From Eledone cirrhosa (taxonomy: Eukaryota): 64,000 nucleotides of DNA. The position numbers and the translations under genes are program-made. Shown in pieces: positions 24,959-35,405 of the stretch. Under the pieces are notes generated by a model that did not search any database, was not told the DNA's origin, and was given only the letters and a program-made list of their open reading frames with translations. Positions within the stretch are counted from its first letter, which is position 1; each line of letters opens with the position of its first letter. Where the stretch lies: the NCBI GenBank assembly GCA_964016885.1, contig OZ024742.1:120466001-120530000 (forward strand), given 5' to 3'.

Positions 24959-27900
24959 ATGGATGGATGGATGGACTGCGGAATCCTGGAGAGTGGAAGG
25001 GAGAGAAAAATCTGGACGCTCAGAGCGAAAATGCCAAAGTTAAAGTCAAATTCACCTCGTGGACGAGAATGCGAGCACTCCTCTTTGTTTCGTCCGCGGA
25101 TGGCTAACATAACCCCATCTCCCCCCGCCCCCCACCGCCCCCACCCTCCAAACGCAATCCAAAACTTCAGAGTTGGTACCATAAATGTAAGCACCCTAAA
25201 GGGTCGCGCTAACGAGGTTGTAGAAATGCTTGAACGTAAGGAGGTCGATGTTTGTTGTATTCAAGAGACCAGGTGGAGGGGTGGGTCTGCTAGATTCATT
25301 GAGGGTAAAAAACGATGTTATAAGCTTTTCTGGGTGGGAAACGACGATGGGCTGGGTGGAGTAGGAATCATGGTAGCAGAAAAGTGGGCAGATAAGATAA
25401 TAGACGTAAATAGAGTGAACGACAGAATAATTAAAATACGACTTGTCCTCAATAGAACTACGGTGACAGTAATATCTGCGTACGCACCCCAATCCAGACT
25501 GCCCGGCACTATAAAAGACAGATTCTATGAGACACTGATGCTAACTACCTCCCAAATATCTGACAGTGACTATATAATTATTGCAGGCGACCTAAATGGT
25601 CACGTTGGACAACATTGTGACGGCTACGACGAAATCCATGGAGGCTATGGGTTTGGTACTAGAAATGAGGAAGGCTCCAGAATCCTGGAATTCTGTGATG
25701 CAAATAACCTAACTATCTGTAACACTAACTTCAAAAAACGTGACAATCACCTGATCACCTATAGATCCGGGGAACACACAAGCCAGGTAGATTATATCCT
25801 TACCAGAAGACGTGACAGAGTGTCTGTTGTAAACACTAAATCCCTCCCCCATGAAGAATGCACCTCCCAACATAGACTGATAATTAGCGACCTCATAGTC
25901 AGGACGAGACGTACTCGACAGCAGAAGAGGACTATCCTCAGGAGAAAAATATGGAAGCTAAAGGACCCCACAGCCAGAAATAAATTTCAAAGCATATTAC
26001 TTGATGCTTTCGACAGTAAGGAAGAACATTTAGAGTCGGACAATATAGAGGGACAGTGGGAATTTCTGAAAGCAAACCTGCTGTTGGCGACAGACGAAGT
26101 CTGTGGCTGGAGCAGGCCTGTAGGCAGGAGGAGAGTAACATGGTGGTGGAACAGTAAGGTGGAGGGGTCAATTAAGGCCAAAAAGCAGGCTTGGAAAGTA
26201 TGGCGGGATGGGGGAAATAGAGTAGACTATCAAGTGGCCAGGAGGGAAGCTAGGAGAGAAGTGTACTTAGCAAGAAGGGAAGCTGAGGAAAGAAAGTTCA
26301 AGCATGTTCTACAACGCGATGACCAAAAACGTGAGGTGTTCAGGATTGCTAGGCAATGCGTCAAGGAAAACCGTGATATTGTCGGGGAGAAGTGTGTACT
26401 TAACGATGATGGCATACTTGCCATCACCGACGCTGATAAGAAGGTAGTTTGGAAGTGTCACTATGAAAGGCTACTAAATGAGGAGAATAAATGGGAGAAA
26501 GACAGTCTCCCCCATATCGACCCAATAGAGGGACCAGCAGTGTTAGTCGAGGGGAGTATAATAAGTAAGGCAATCAAGGATATGAAGACGGGTAAGGCGG
26601 CTGGGCCGCCGGAAATAGTTGCTGAGATGCTGAAGGCATCTGGCACGGTGGGACACACCATGGTCACCCGCATAGTTAACCAAGTCGTACAGAATGGGGT
26701 TGTTCCGAAGGACTGGCATAGCAGCATCATCGTTAACTGTTATAAGGGTAAAGGAGACGCCCTAGATAGGAGTAACTATAGAGGCATTAAATTAATCGAC
26801 CAGGTCATGAAGGTCACGGAAAAAGTAATAGCGCAACTAATCAGAGAGAGAATTGACCTAGATGAAATGCAGTTCGGGTTTGTGTCAGGCAAAAGTACCA
26901 CAGACGCTCTTTTCATAGTACGACAACTACAGGAGAAGTACCTAGCTAAAGGTAAACCCCTCTACTTAGCTTTTGTCGACTTGGAGAAAGCCTTCGCCAG
27001 AGTCCCCCGCCCCATTATCTGGTGGGCTCTTAGAAAACTAGGCGTTGACGAATGGCTTGTGAGGGCTGTACAAGCCATGTATAAAGAAACAGTCAGCAAG
27101 GTTAGAATTAACAACGAATATAGTGAAGAGTTTAGCGTAAAAGTTGGCGTCCATCAGGGCTCTGTTCTCAGCCCCCTACTATTTATTATTGCCCTTCAGG
27201 CTATAACAGAGGAGTTCAAGACAGGCTGCCCATGGGAACTCCTATACGCAGACGACCTGACACTCATAGCGGAATCAATGGCCGAGCTAGAGAAGAAATT
27301 CCAAACATGGAAGCACGGCCTAGAGTCAAAAGGACTTAAAATTAACCTGGCTAAGACCAAAGTTCTAGTTTGTAGGAAAGAAAACAAGGCGGCGGTCCCT
27401 TCTGGGAAATGGTCGTGCTCGGTGTGTAGGAAAGGCGTAGGTAGAAACTCCATTTTATGTCCTAAATGTAAAGTATGGGTGCATAAAAGATGTAGTGGGA
27501 TCACAGGTAAGCTAACTAAGAACATAGATTTTACATGTGGTCGGTGTTCTGGTGCAATAAGTAGCAGCAAGTGCCCACAAAATACTAGCTCTTTCAATTG
27601 CGCAGAGGGTTCTATAGAAATAGTGGACAGCTTCCGTTACCTGGGCGATAAAATCAGCAGTGGGGGAGGGTTCTCTGAAAGTACTGTAGCTAGAGTCAGA
27701 ACTGGTTGGAAAAAGTTCAGAGAGCTTATACCACTGTTATCTGCTAAAGGGTTCTCCCTAAAAATGAAAGGCAGGTTGTACGATGCCTGCATACGAACAG
27801 CAATGTTGCATGGCAGTGAGACCTGGGCATTGTGTGCAGAGGATATACGCAGACTAGAGAGGAACGAAGCTTGCATCCTCCGCTGGATGTGTAACAGTAA

Positions 27901-28147
27901 TATACGTGAACGGCAAAGCATAAACGAACTAAGGAAAAAATTAGAGATAAGAGGGATCAGATGTTGTTTACTCGAGAGAAGGCTACGTTGGTATGGACAC
28001 GTGATGTGCATGAAAGTCGATAGCTGTATAACAAAGTGCAGGGCAATAAAGATAGACGGTAGCCACGGAATAGGCAGACCTAGAAAAACCTGGGACGAGC
28101 TGATAAACTCCGATCTCACACACTTACACCTCTCCAAGACAATGTAA
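24959..28147 (+). CDS. RTE-clade LINE ORF: APE endonuclease + reverse transcriptase with internal PHD-type finger (true start codon uncertain)
   Basis: EN motifs GTINV, IQETRW, SAYAP, GDLNGH, QVDYIL, SQH; RT motifs NYRGIKL, QFGF, DLEKAF, GVHQGSVLSPLLF, LLYADDL, FRYLG; C-terminal RLRWYGHV, GRPRKTW. Confidence 0.95.
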   Translation: MDGWMDCGILESGRERKIWTLRAKMPKLKSNSPRGRECEHSSLFRPRMANITPSPPAPHRPHPPNAIQNFRVGTINVSTLKGRANEVVEMLERKEVDVCCIQETRWRGGSARFIEGKKRCYKLFWVGNDDGLGGVGIMVAEKWADKIIDVNRVNDRIIKIRLVLNRTTVTVISAYAPQSRLPGTIKDRFYETLMLTTSQISDSDYIIIAGDLNGHVGQHCDGYDEIHGGYGFGTRNEEGSRILEFCDANNLTICNTNFKKRDNHLITYRSGEHTSQVDYILTRRRDRVSVVNTKSLPHEECTSQHRLIISDLIVRTRRTRQQKRTILRRKIWKLKDPTARNKFQSILLDAFDSKEEHLESDNIEGQWEFLKANLLLATDEVCGWSRPVGRRRVTWWWNSKVEGSIKAKKQAWKVWRDGGNRVDYQVARREARREVYLARREAEERKFKHVLQRDDQKREVFRIARQCVKENRDIVGEKCVLNDDGILAITDADKKVVWKCHYERLLNEENKWEKDSLPHIDPIEGPAVLVEGSIISKAIKDMKTGKAAGPPEIVAEMLKASGTVGHTMVTRIVNQVVQNGVVPKDWHSSIIVNCYKGKGDALDRSNYRGIKLIDQVMKVTEKVIAQLIRERIDLDEMQFGFVSGKSTTDALFIVRQLQEKYLAKGKPLYLAFVDLEKAFARVPRPIIWWALRKLGVDEWLVRAVQAMYKETVSKVRINNEYSEEFSVKVGVHQGSVLSPLLFIIALQAITEEFKTGCPWELLYADDLTLIAESMAELEKKFQTWKHGLESKGLKINLAKTKVLVCRKENKAAVPSGKWSCSVCRKGVGRNSILCPKCKVWVHKRCSGITGKLTKNIDFTCGRCSGAISSSKCPQNTSSFNCAEGSIEIVDSFRYLGDKISSGGGFSESTVARVRTGWKKFRELIPLLSAKGFSLKMKGRLYDACIRTAMLHGSETWALCAEDIRRLERNEACILRWMCNSNIRERQSINELRKKLEIRGIRCCLLERRLRWYGHVMCMKVDSCITKCRAIKIDGSHGIGRPRKTWDELINSDLTHLHLSKTM

Positions 28148-28621
28148 CTGGACCGAGACCTTTGGCGGTACTCAGTAACAGAGAAGACCCGCCTTACCTA
28201 AATATATAGTAAAACCTACTCCAGCCAGTAGGCATCTCTAACAAAATACACCCCGTCCCACCACCACCACCACCACCCCATCCACACCACCCCGTTCTAT
28301 GTAAAGTTATGTTGGTGCCGCGCCATCCAGGCCGAAACAAATGAGATTGTGTAGGTGTCACGACAAAAAAACACACAGTCCACGCTGTAATGTGGCCGTG
28401 TAGGCAACACGGTAAAAACCTCCCAGACCCACACTGTAAATGTGGTTGGTGTTAGGAAGGGCATCCAACTGTAGAAAACCTGCCAGACAGTCCTATGCGA
28501 GCAAGACAATCACTCTTGCCTCAAGTGGGACTACCCCCGTCCAAACCCATGTAAACGTTGATGATGATGATGATGATGATGTATATGTGTATATATATAT
28601 GTGTGTGTATATGTATGTATA

Positions 28622-28672
28622 TCTATACATACATATAAAAGTGAAACTGTCTGTGTGTGTCCTCATTTTTGC
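28622..28672 (+). mobile_element. Helitron-like 5' terminus
   Basis: A|TCTATACATACATATAAAAGTGAAACTGTCTGTGTGTGT; inverted homolog at 29838-29880. Confidence 0.5.
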
Positions 28673-28679
28673 ACCGCCA

Positions 28680-29175
28680 AGGAAGCACCAGAGATGTCGC
28701 AGCCTCAGCGTGTGTTTGCGCATCATCAGCCATGGCATGCCCAGCCCTCCACGCAACCGGTGTTGACAGCAGATGGATCGTTTGAACATGTGAGCACGTC
28801 CCTTCCATAAAAAACGGAAGACGAGGAGCTCCATTTTTGTCAGAGTTGGGCTGGGGCAAAGCACAACGGTTAGGCGGTAGCAGATGAAGGATGCGATGAA
28901 CGCATTCACCACCTCTTCCCAATCTTTCAGGGACAGCTTCATCTCGGCCCATTTCTGGGTGAGAGAGACCACCCTGTTTGTCACTTCGCTCCAGTTTTTC
29001 TCCATCTGGAGGTCCGGACCGAACCAGACCCCGAGCATTTTAACTGGTCCTTCCGTCCAGCACCCCACGACGATGTTGGGCGGCATGGACCTGCCTCTCC
29101 AGGTGCCGAGCTGCAAGCCAACCGACTTTTCCTGGTTTAATTTTGCTCCTGTCACTGCTTCATATTCCTTGAGAG
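28680..29175 (-). pseudogene. L1/Tx1-clade LINE ORF2 fragment (RT C-terminal region)
   Basis: YEAVTGAKLNQEKS, LGVWF, W...LSLK...VVN, FRFLW, GGLGMP motifs. Confidence 0.85.
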
Positions 29176-29366
29176 CGGTGCACGGCGTTAAACCGGGCCC
29201 GCTCTGATTATGCGCCTGTAGACCGAGGAGTGGAAAACTGAGAGAGGGTGTTTGCCCTGGTGGTCAGGGTGGCCGTGGTCTTTTGTGTGGTTTTCGCCAC
29301 GAGTGACCCTCGGAAGTTTCCCCCCTATTCGGCAATTTTTGAATTTTTTACACGGCCAAAACCCAC

Positions 29367-29420
29367 GCTGGAGAGAACTCGTCCATGGATCTTAGGAATT
29401 TTATCCGCCCTAGATAGATA
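29367..29420 (+). mobile_element. Approximately 55-bp 3' tip of the second RTE family
   Basis: Near-identical to 24210-24262 including the TAGATAGA tail. Confidence 0.7.
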
Positions 29421-29534
29421 TATATAAATATCCACATAAAAATACATCTAAGTATATGTGTATATATATGTTTGTGTATGTATGTATGTATGTATGTATG
29501 TGTGTGTATGTTTATATATGTGTATATATATGTG

Positions 29535-29565
<31 letters not shown>

Positions 29566-29566
29566 G

Positions 29567-29598
<32 letters not shown>

Positions 29599-29759
29599 AA
29601 TGTGGCGAAGATAATATGTCAGCAATGACTTGTTGGTCATAATGCCGTTATGCAGACAGCCAGGCATCCAGACAGATATTAAAAGAGCACTACGGAGATG
29701 GATAACCGGCACCTAACAACCCTTTAACAACAGAAAATTGAAAAATAAAAGCTGCAGTT

Positions 29760-29868
29760 AATATCTTTAGACCGCAAGGAATATATAAATGCAAGTTTGA
29801 AGTCAATTGGAGTAGAAATGTGGATTTGTATAGATTTTGTAAAAATGAGGACACACACACAGACAACA

Positions 29869-29880
<12 letters not shown>
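29760..29880 (-). mobile_element. Helitron-like 5' region
   Basis: Minus strand TATATAAAACTGTTGTCTGTGTGTGTGTCCTCATTTTT...CCAATTGACTTCAAACTTGC, resembling non-autonomous Helitron 5' ends. Confidence 0.5.
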
Positions 29881-29937
<57 letters not shown>

Positions 29938-29939
<2 letters not shown>

Positions 29940-30148
29940 AAAATTGAAGTTTTCTCAGCGCAAAAGGTATCCGTAACAGCTGGATACTATTTGCATAGTA
30001 AATAGATTTTTTTTTTGGGGGGGGGGGGTTAAGATATAACCACAAATCGTTCAATTTGTGGTTACATCTTTAAAAAAAAAAAAATTGACTATGCAAATAG
30101 TATCCAGCTGTTATGACTACCTTTCGTACTGAGAATACTTCAATTTTA
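29938..30148. repeat. Imperfect long inverted repeat (fold-back)
   Basis: About 65-bp outer arms (TAACAGCTGGATACTATTTGCATAGT / ACTATGCAAATAGTATCCAGCTGTTA) and inner hairpin TAACCACAAAT..ATTTGTGGTTA. Confidence 0.85.
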
Positions 30149-30552
30149 CGAATATTCATATACACTTACTGCTTCAAACCTTTTCAATTAATATTCAATT
30201 TGTCGCAGATTTTTCTCATGTCTTTATAAAGACTTGTAAAGGGAATTTTTTGAAGTGGAATAGTTGCAAGACTGTGGAATAGTTGCAAGACTCTAGAAGA
30301 GCAAAAAATCAAACCACCAACCTTTGATCTTTATACAGTTATGTCTGAGAAATTAGTTCACTTGTGGGCATGATTTTGTTACATTTTTGTTCTGGTTTCT
30401 ATGGACTTTGCAAATTTTCAGCTCACTAATGAAGAAATATAGTCGATATCATCTGGAGAACTCACTACTTTTACTAAATATGTATCAATGCAATTCTCTC
30501 TGGTCCACATTATGAACTTAGGTGTATCCATACATATAGTTATGTGGTTCAG

Positions 30553-30640
30553 ATTCCTCCTCCAGTACATCAACAACCTACTTGCTGTCACTACTAACTC
30601 TCATTCCTATGCAGATGATATCACTATTCACTATCCACAT
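30553..30640 (+). pseudogene. CR1-group LINE RT fragment
   Basis: FLLQYINNLLAVTTNSHSYADDITIHY. Confidence 0.65.
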
Positions 30641-30708
30641 TCAACATAGACACCTCATATCAAACCTACAATGCTCCATGACAAAAGCAGATGACTCATA
30701 GTTTGGAC

Positions 30709-31058
30709 CAGCGGTCGCCAACCTTTCAGACCTCATGGACCACTAAATTCATAATGTTAAATCCTGCGGACCACTAATATGAATTTTTTTTTTTAAATAA
30801 ATACATCTGTAAAATAATGATCAGAGAACTTCCGTTTTATTAAACAATACTGAAGTGTGCGTGTGTCATATTGTCGATAGATGATACATATGTGTAAAAT
30901 TCTTTTGTGGATGTTAGTTCTTTTCTAAGGAGAAACATTTTTTAGGGGTGTTATAAAATATATTTTAATAAAACATAAAATTGCAAATAATATCCAATTT
31001 TTTCTGCAGACCACCAAAATTTTCTCTCGGACCAACAGTGGTCTGAAGACCACTGGTT
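30709..31058. mobile_element. hAT/Charlie-like MITE, right end eroded
   Basis: Left TIR CAGCGGTCGCCAACCTTT, subterminal GGACCAC repeats, flanks GTTTGGAC / GTTTTGAC. Confidence 0.6.
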
Positions 31059-31459
31059 TTGACTGTCCTACAGTCTCAGAGAACGAACTCCACATTACAT
31101 CCCCATTTCACTTTAGTATCTCTTGTTAGACAAAATCTCAGGCTCTGTGAACCCCAAGGCCACTGACAAAGTTCAGTCTCCATATCTGGCATGTGTTTTT
31201 TTCCACAGTTACAAGCAAGCAGATTCTTTGATAACAAATACAAGAGCAGTAGATATAAAATTTATGATTTTAATCTTTATGTTTATTGGTATGTATAATG
31301 GATGCCTTTCACCAAACATCTACTTTTGTTTTTCTCCAATAGAGACACAACAATATTGATTCTTTGAACGGCACAAAAGTACAATCATTGCATATAGTAA
31401 AGAAATAAATTTGCATCACAATCTTTAAAGTTGATTCAAAAACTAGGCTTCACTATCCA

Positions 31460-31620
31460 AAGATTATCCTTCCTCTTCACAGTAAAAAATACTTCATCCT
31501 TGAATAGCTGTTGCTTCTCTACAAAGCTCAAGTAAGACCCAAAATGGAATACTGGTCTCACATCTGAAATGTCCCTTCTGCTACACACACAAACATCTAA
31601 GAATGTATCCAAAAGAAGGC
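31460..31620 (+). pseudogene. CR1/Zenon-like LINE C-terminal fragment
   Basis: KKYFILE*LLLLYKAQVRPKMEYWSHI*. Confidence 0.7.
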
Positions 31621-31704
31621 CATTACTAAAACACTAAAAGAAAAAGTTTAATGCTGAGAGAAAGACTTTTACAGTGGCTGCGTTCCAAAATAGAATAAGA
31701 TTAA

Positions 31705-32652
31705 CCCTTTCATGACCATATTTTTAATGAAATGGTCTATGTGTTTCAATTAATTTTGAAAATAATTAAAAATTTGAAAGGATTTAGTAAAATTAACTTT
31801 TCCATTATTAAGATGATGTTGTGGCCAGTAGATAGTATCAGCAATGGAAAGATCAATGGAAACATTGTTTCCTTGGTCCAATTGGATGAGTTCCATCCCA
31901 CTCAGTAAGCAAATGAAGCCTGGGATCTTGTCGATCAATAATATATATATATATATATATATTAAAAAAAGTGCAGGGCAATAAAAATAGACGGTAGCCA
32001 CGGAGTAGGCAGACCCAGAAAAACCTGGGACGACTTGATAAATTCCGACCTCACACACTTACACCTCTCCAAGACAATGTCACTGGACCGAGATCTTTGG
32101 CACTACACAGTAATAGAGAAGACCCGCCTTACCTAAATACAAAGTAAAACCTACTACAGTCAGTAGGCACCTCTAACAAAATATACCCCCATCCCACTAC
32201 CCCATCCACACCACCCCTTTCAATGTAAAGTTATGTTGGTACCACAACATCCAGGCCGAAACAAATGAGGTCGTGTAGGTGTCACGACAAAAAAAAACAC
32301 ACAGTCCACGCTGTAATGTGGCCGTGTAGGTAACACGGTAAAAACCTCCCAGTTCCACACTGTAAATGTGGTTGGTGTTAGGAAGGGCATCCAGCCGTAG
32401 AAAACCCGCCAGACAGTCCTATGCGAGCAAGACAACCACTCTTGCCTCAAGTGGGAAAACTCCCGTCCAAACCCATGCAAGCGTGGAATATGGACATTAA
32501 ACGATGATAATGATGATGATGATAAAGAACACAACATAAGTCTCTTAGATATGATTATGATAAAATGTTTAAATTTATATATAAACAATTTAATAGTGGC
32601 AAATTTTTACATAGAACCAGAGGCAGTCTAAAATGGATTGGTGTTAAAAGGG
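31705..32652. mobile_element. TTAA-type MITE family 2 carrying nested SINE-tail and RTE insertions
   Basis: TTAA|CCCTTT ... AAAGGG|TTAA; related copies near 11725-11980, 40415-40641, 41280-41510, 42040-42263(-), 61877-62052. Confidence 0.6.
31966..32523 (+). mobile_element. 5'-truncated RTE LINE copy
   Basis: Aligns to 28030-28580; (GAT)n tail. Confidence 0.9.
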
Positions 32653-34209
32653 TTAATGAGACTAGTCAAACGAAGTTTGGAAAGTGAAACAGAATGCAAA
32701 TTTACCGTAGGGTATACTTTAAGTTGAAACCATAATAACAATAAAAGAGATTAACAGAAGATCATTTGGAATAGTTAAAGGCTAGAAGTTGTAAATTAAA
32801 GAAAAGTTATAATGAACTGTTTAAAGAGATGCATCATTTCACATGATAGGAATAACTGAACAAGTTTAATTTCATATCAAGTGAATAGGCTAAATTTGAG
32901 TAACAAAATAAAGTAACTATAAATACAGAAAAGAAATGAGATTACTGTGATTCACAGGATATACCTAACATGAATGAAGAAGATAGTGTAAGTGTGTATG
33001 AGCTACAACAGTTGGAGATTACAAATATTTGCAACAGAGAAATCCAAGATAATATTATTAAAGTAATGGAGTAGATGGTGCTGTTAACATTCTTTTAAAT
33101 ACTTTATGTCTGAAGCTCCTGAAGAAATGTCTATAGTATTCATATGTGTGAACTACATACTATAATTCTCCAGTTTATATGTAAGAAACCACCACTAGTA
33201 CACTACGTCTACCTGAACATAAATGAAATCTCTAATACACACAAACCCGCCCTCTCTCTCTCTCACTCACTCACTCACTCATACACACATCATTGATTAC
33301 AGTGACTAGATGCTGTTAGAAACAATATTTGTGACAATTGTCCACAGATTCATAACAGTTAAATATTCCAGACAAGCTACAAAAAAGAAACCAAAAAAAC
33401 ATTCTAGAATGTCAAGTATAAAAGAAAAACTTTGAAATTTATAAAATAGAGTGGCAACATGAAAAGTGACAAAAAGTATTTTTGAGGAATGAAATAAAAC
33501 AAAATTCAAATTACCCAATTAGATTAGATTTGCATCACATTTGCATAATTGTTTTTTGAATTATTATTCTCATTGTTCAAAAAACACAAATATGTCTACA
33601 GTTCCCACAGGAAATATCCAATTTAATAGCAGTGAAAGATAAAGAAAAAAAAAAGTGGTGCAATTAAAAGTATGAACTGATAGTAATTCGTTTAAAAAAT
33701 ATATGAATTAATTTCTCAAATAGTTAAAATTACAAAAGGAAATTTTTCGCAAGAAAATTATGGAAAAAAAATGAAATATTAACTAAATCCGAATTTATCG
33801 AATAAGTATAAAAGCTCTATTGTATCATGATAAATAAATGAATTCTAATTAGAGAAAGCAGCTGGCTGCTAAAGATAGGAACAAACAATACACATTCAGT
33901 ATAATAACTAAAGATCTGAAATGTGATGTAGTTGTGTGAAGATAAAGAAGTGGAAATAATATTTTAATTATCAATATCAAATTCAAAATGGACAGAACAC
34001 AATCTGAAAGATGATTACTTCAAACTTCAAAACAACTGTGAAGAAAAAAAGATGAGAAAAATACCTAATTAAAATACTAAATGGAAATAAACCCTGACAT
34101 CTAAAAAGTTCTTTGTAGAATTTTTACTGGTGATATCATTCAGCTAAAACAAAAAGTACTAGAAATTAATTTACTGTCATTAACTGGACATTTCCAATAA
34201 AAGCATTGC

Positions 34210-35405
34210 AGTTCAATACATCTGTAGGACCACCCCTAAGTGACATTTCTCAAGTTCCATACATCTGTAGTACCACTCCTAAGTGACATTTCTCAAGTTC
34301 AATACATCTGTAGGACCACCCCTAAGTAACATTTCTCAAGTTCAATACATCTGTAGTACCACTCCTAAGTGACATTTCTCAAGTTCAATACATCTGTAGT
34401 ACCACTCCTAAGTGACATTTCTCAAGTTCCATACATCTGTAGTACCACTCCTAAGTAACATTTCTCAAGTTCAATACATCTGTAGTACCACTCCTAAGTG
34501 ACATTTCTCAAGTTCCATACATCTGTAGTACCACTCCTAAGTGACATTTCTCAAGTTCAATACATCTGTAGTACCACTCCTAAGTGACATTTCTCAAGTT
34601 CCATACATCTGTAGTACCACTCCTAAGTGACATTTCTCAAGTTCAATACATCTGTAGTACCACTCCTAAGTGACATTTCTCAAGTTCCATACATCTGTAG
34701 TACCACTCCTAAGTGACATTTCTCAAGTTCCATACATCTGTAGTACCACTAAGTGACATTTCTCAAGTTCCATACATCTATAGTACCACTCCTAAGTAAC
34801 ATTTCCCAAGTTCAATACATCTGTAGTACCACTCCTAAGTGACATTTCTCAAGTTCCATACATCTGTAGTACCACTCCTAAGTGACATTTCTCAAGTTCA
34901 ATACATCTGTAGTACCACTCCTAAGTGACATTTCTCAAGTTCCATACATCTGTAGTACCACTCCTAAGTGACATTTCTCAAGTTCCATACATCTGTAGTA
35001 CCACTAAGTGACATTTCTCAAGTTCCATACATCTATAGTACCACTCCTAAGTAACATTTCCCAAGTTCAATACATCTGTAGTACCACTCCTAAGTGACAT
35101 TTCTCAAGTTCCATACATCTGTAGTACCACTCCTAAGTGACATTTCTCAAGTTCAATACATCTGTAGTACCACTCCTAAGTGACATTTCTCAAGTTCCAT
35201 ACATCTGTAGTACCACTCCTAAGTGACATTTCTCAAGTTCCATACATCTGTAGTACCACTAAGTGACATTTCTCAAGTTCCATACATCTATAGTACCACT
35301 CCTAAGTAACATTTCCCAAGTTCAATATATCTGTAGTACCACTCGTAAGTGACATTTCCCAAGTTCAATATATCTGTAGTACCACACCTAAGTAACATAT
35401 TTCAA
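34210..35405. repeat. 43-bp minisatellite, about 28 copies, with 255-bp higher-order repeat
   Basis: Unit GTTC(A/C)ATACATCTGTAGTACCACTCCTAAGTGACATTTCTCAA. Confidence 0.95.

Larger units (their letters stand above)
24510..28580 (+). mobile_element. Near-full-length RTE/BovB-type LINE (5' boundary uncertain, 24290-24850)
   Basis: CpG-rich 5' region, single long ORF, 3' UTR shared with many truncated copies, (GAT)n tail ending at 28580. Confidence 0.85.

Noticed and set aside
24290-25110. Complete HDV-like ribozyme in the RTE 5' region
   Set aside because: Candidate L3 (ACCTCGT) lacks a matching P1 and the GG of P1.1 on manual inspection
27196-28137. Antisense ORFs over the LINE (also 37414-38152, 43106-43408, 19553-19905)
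   Set aside because: Shadows of the coding strand with no independent motifs
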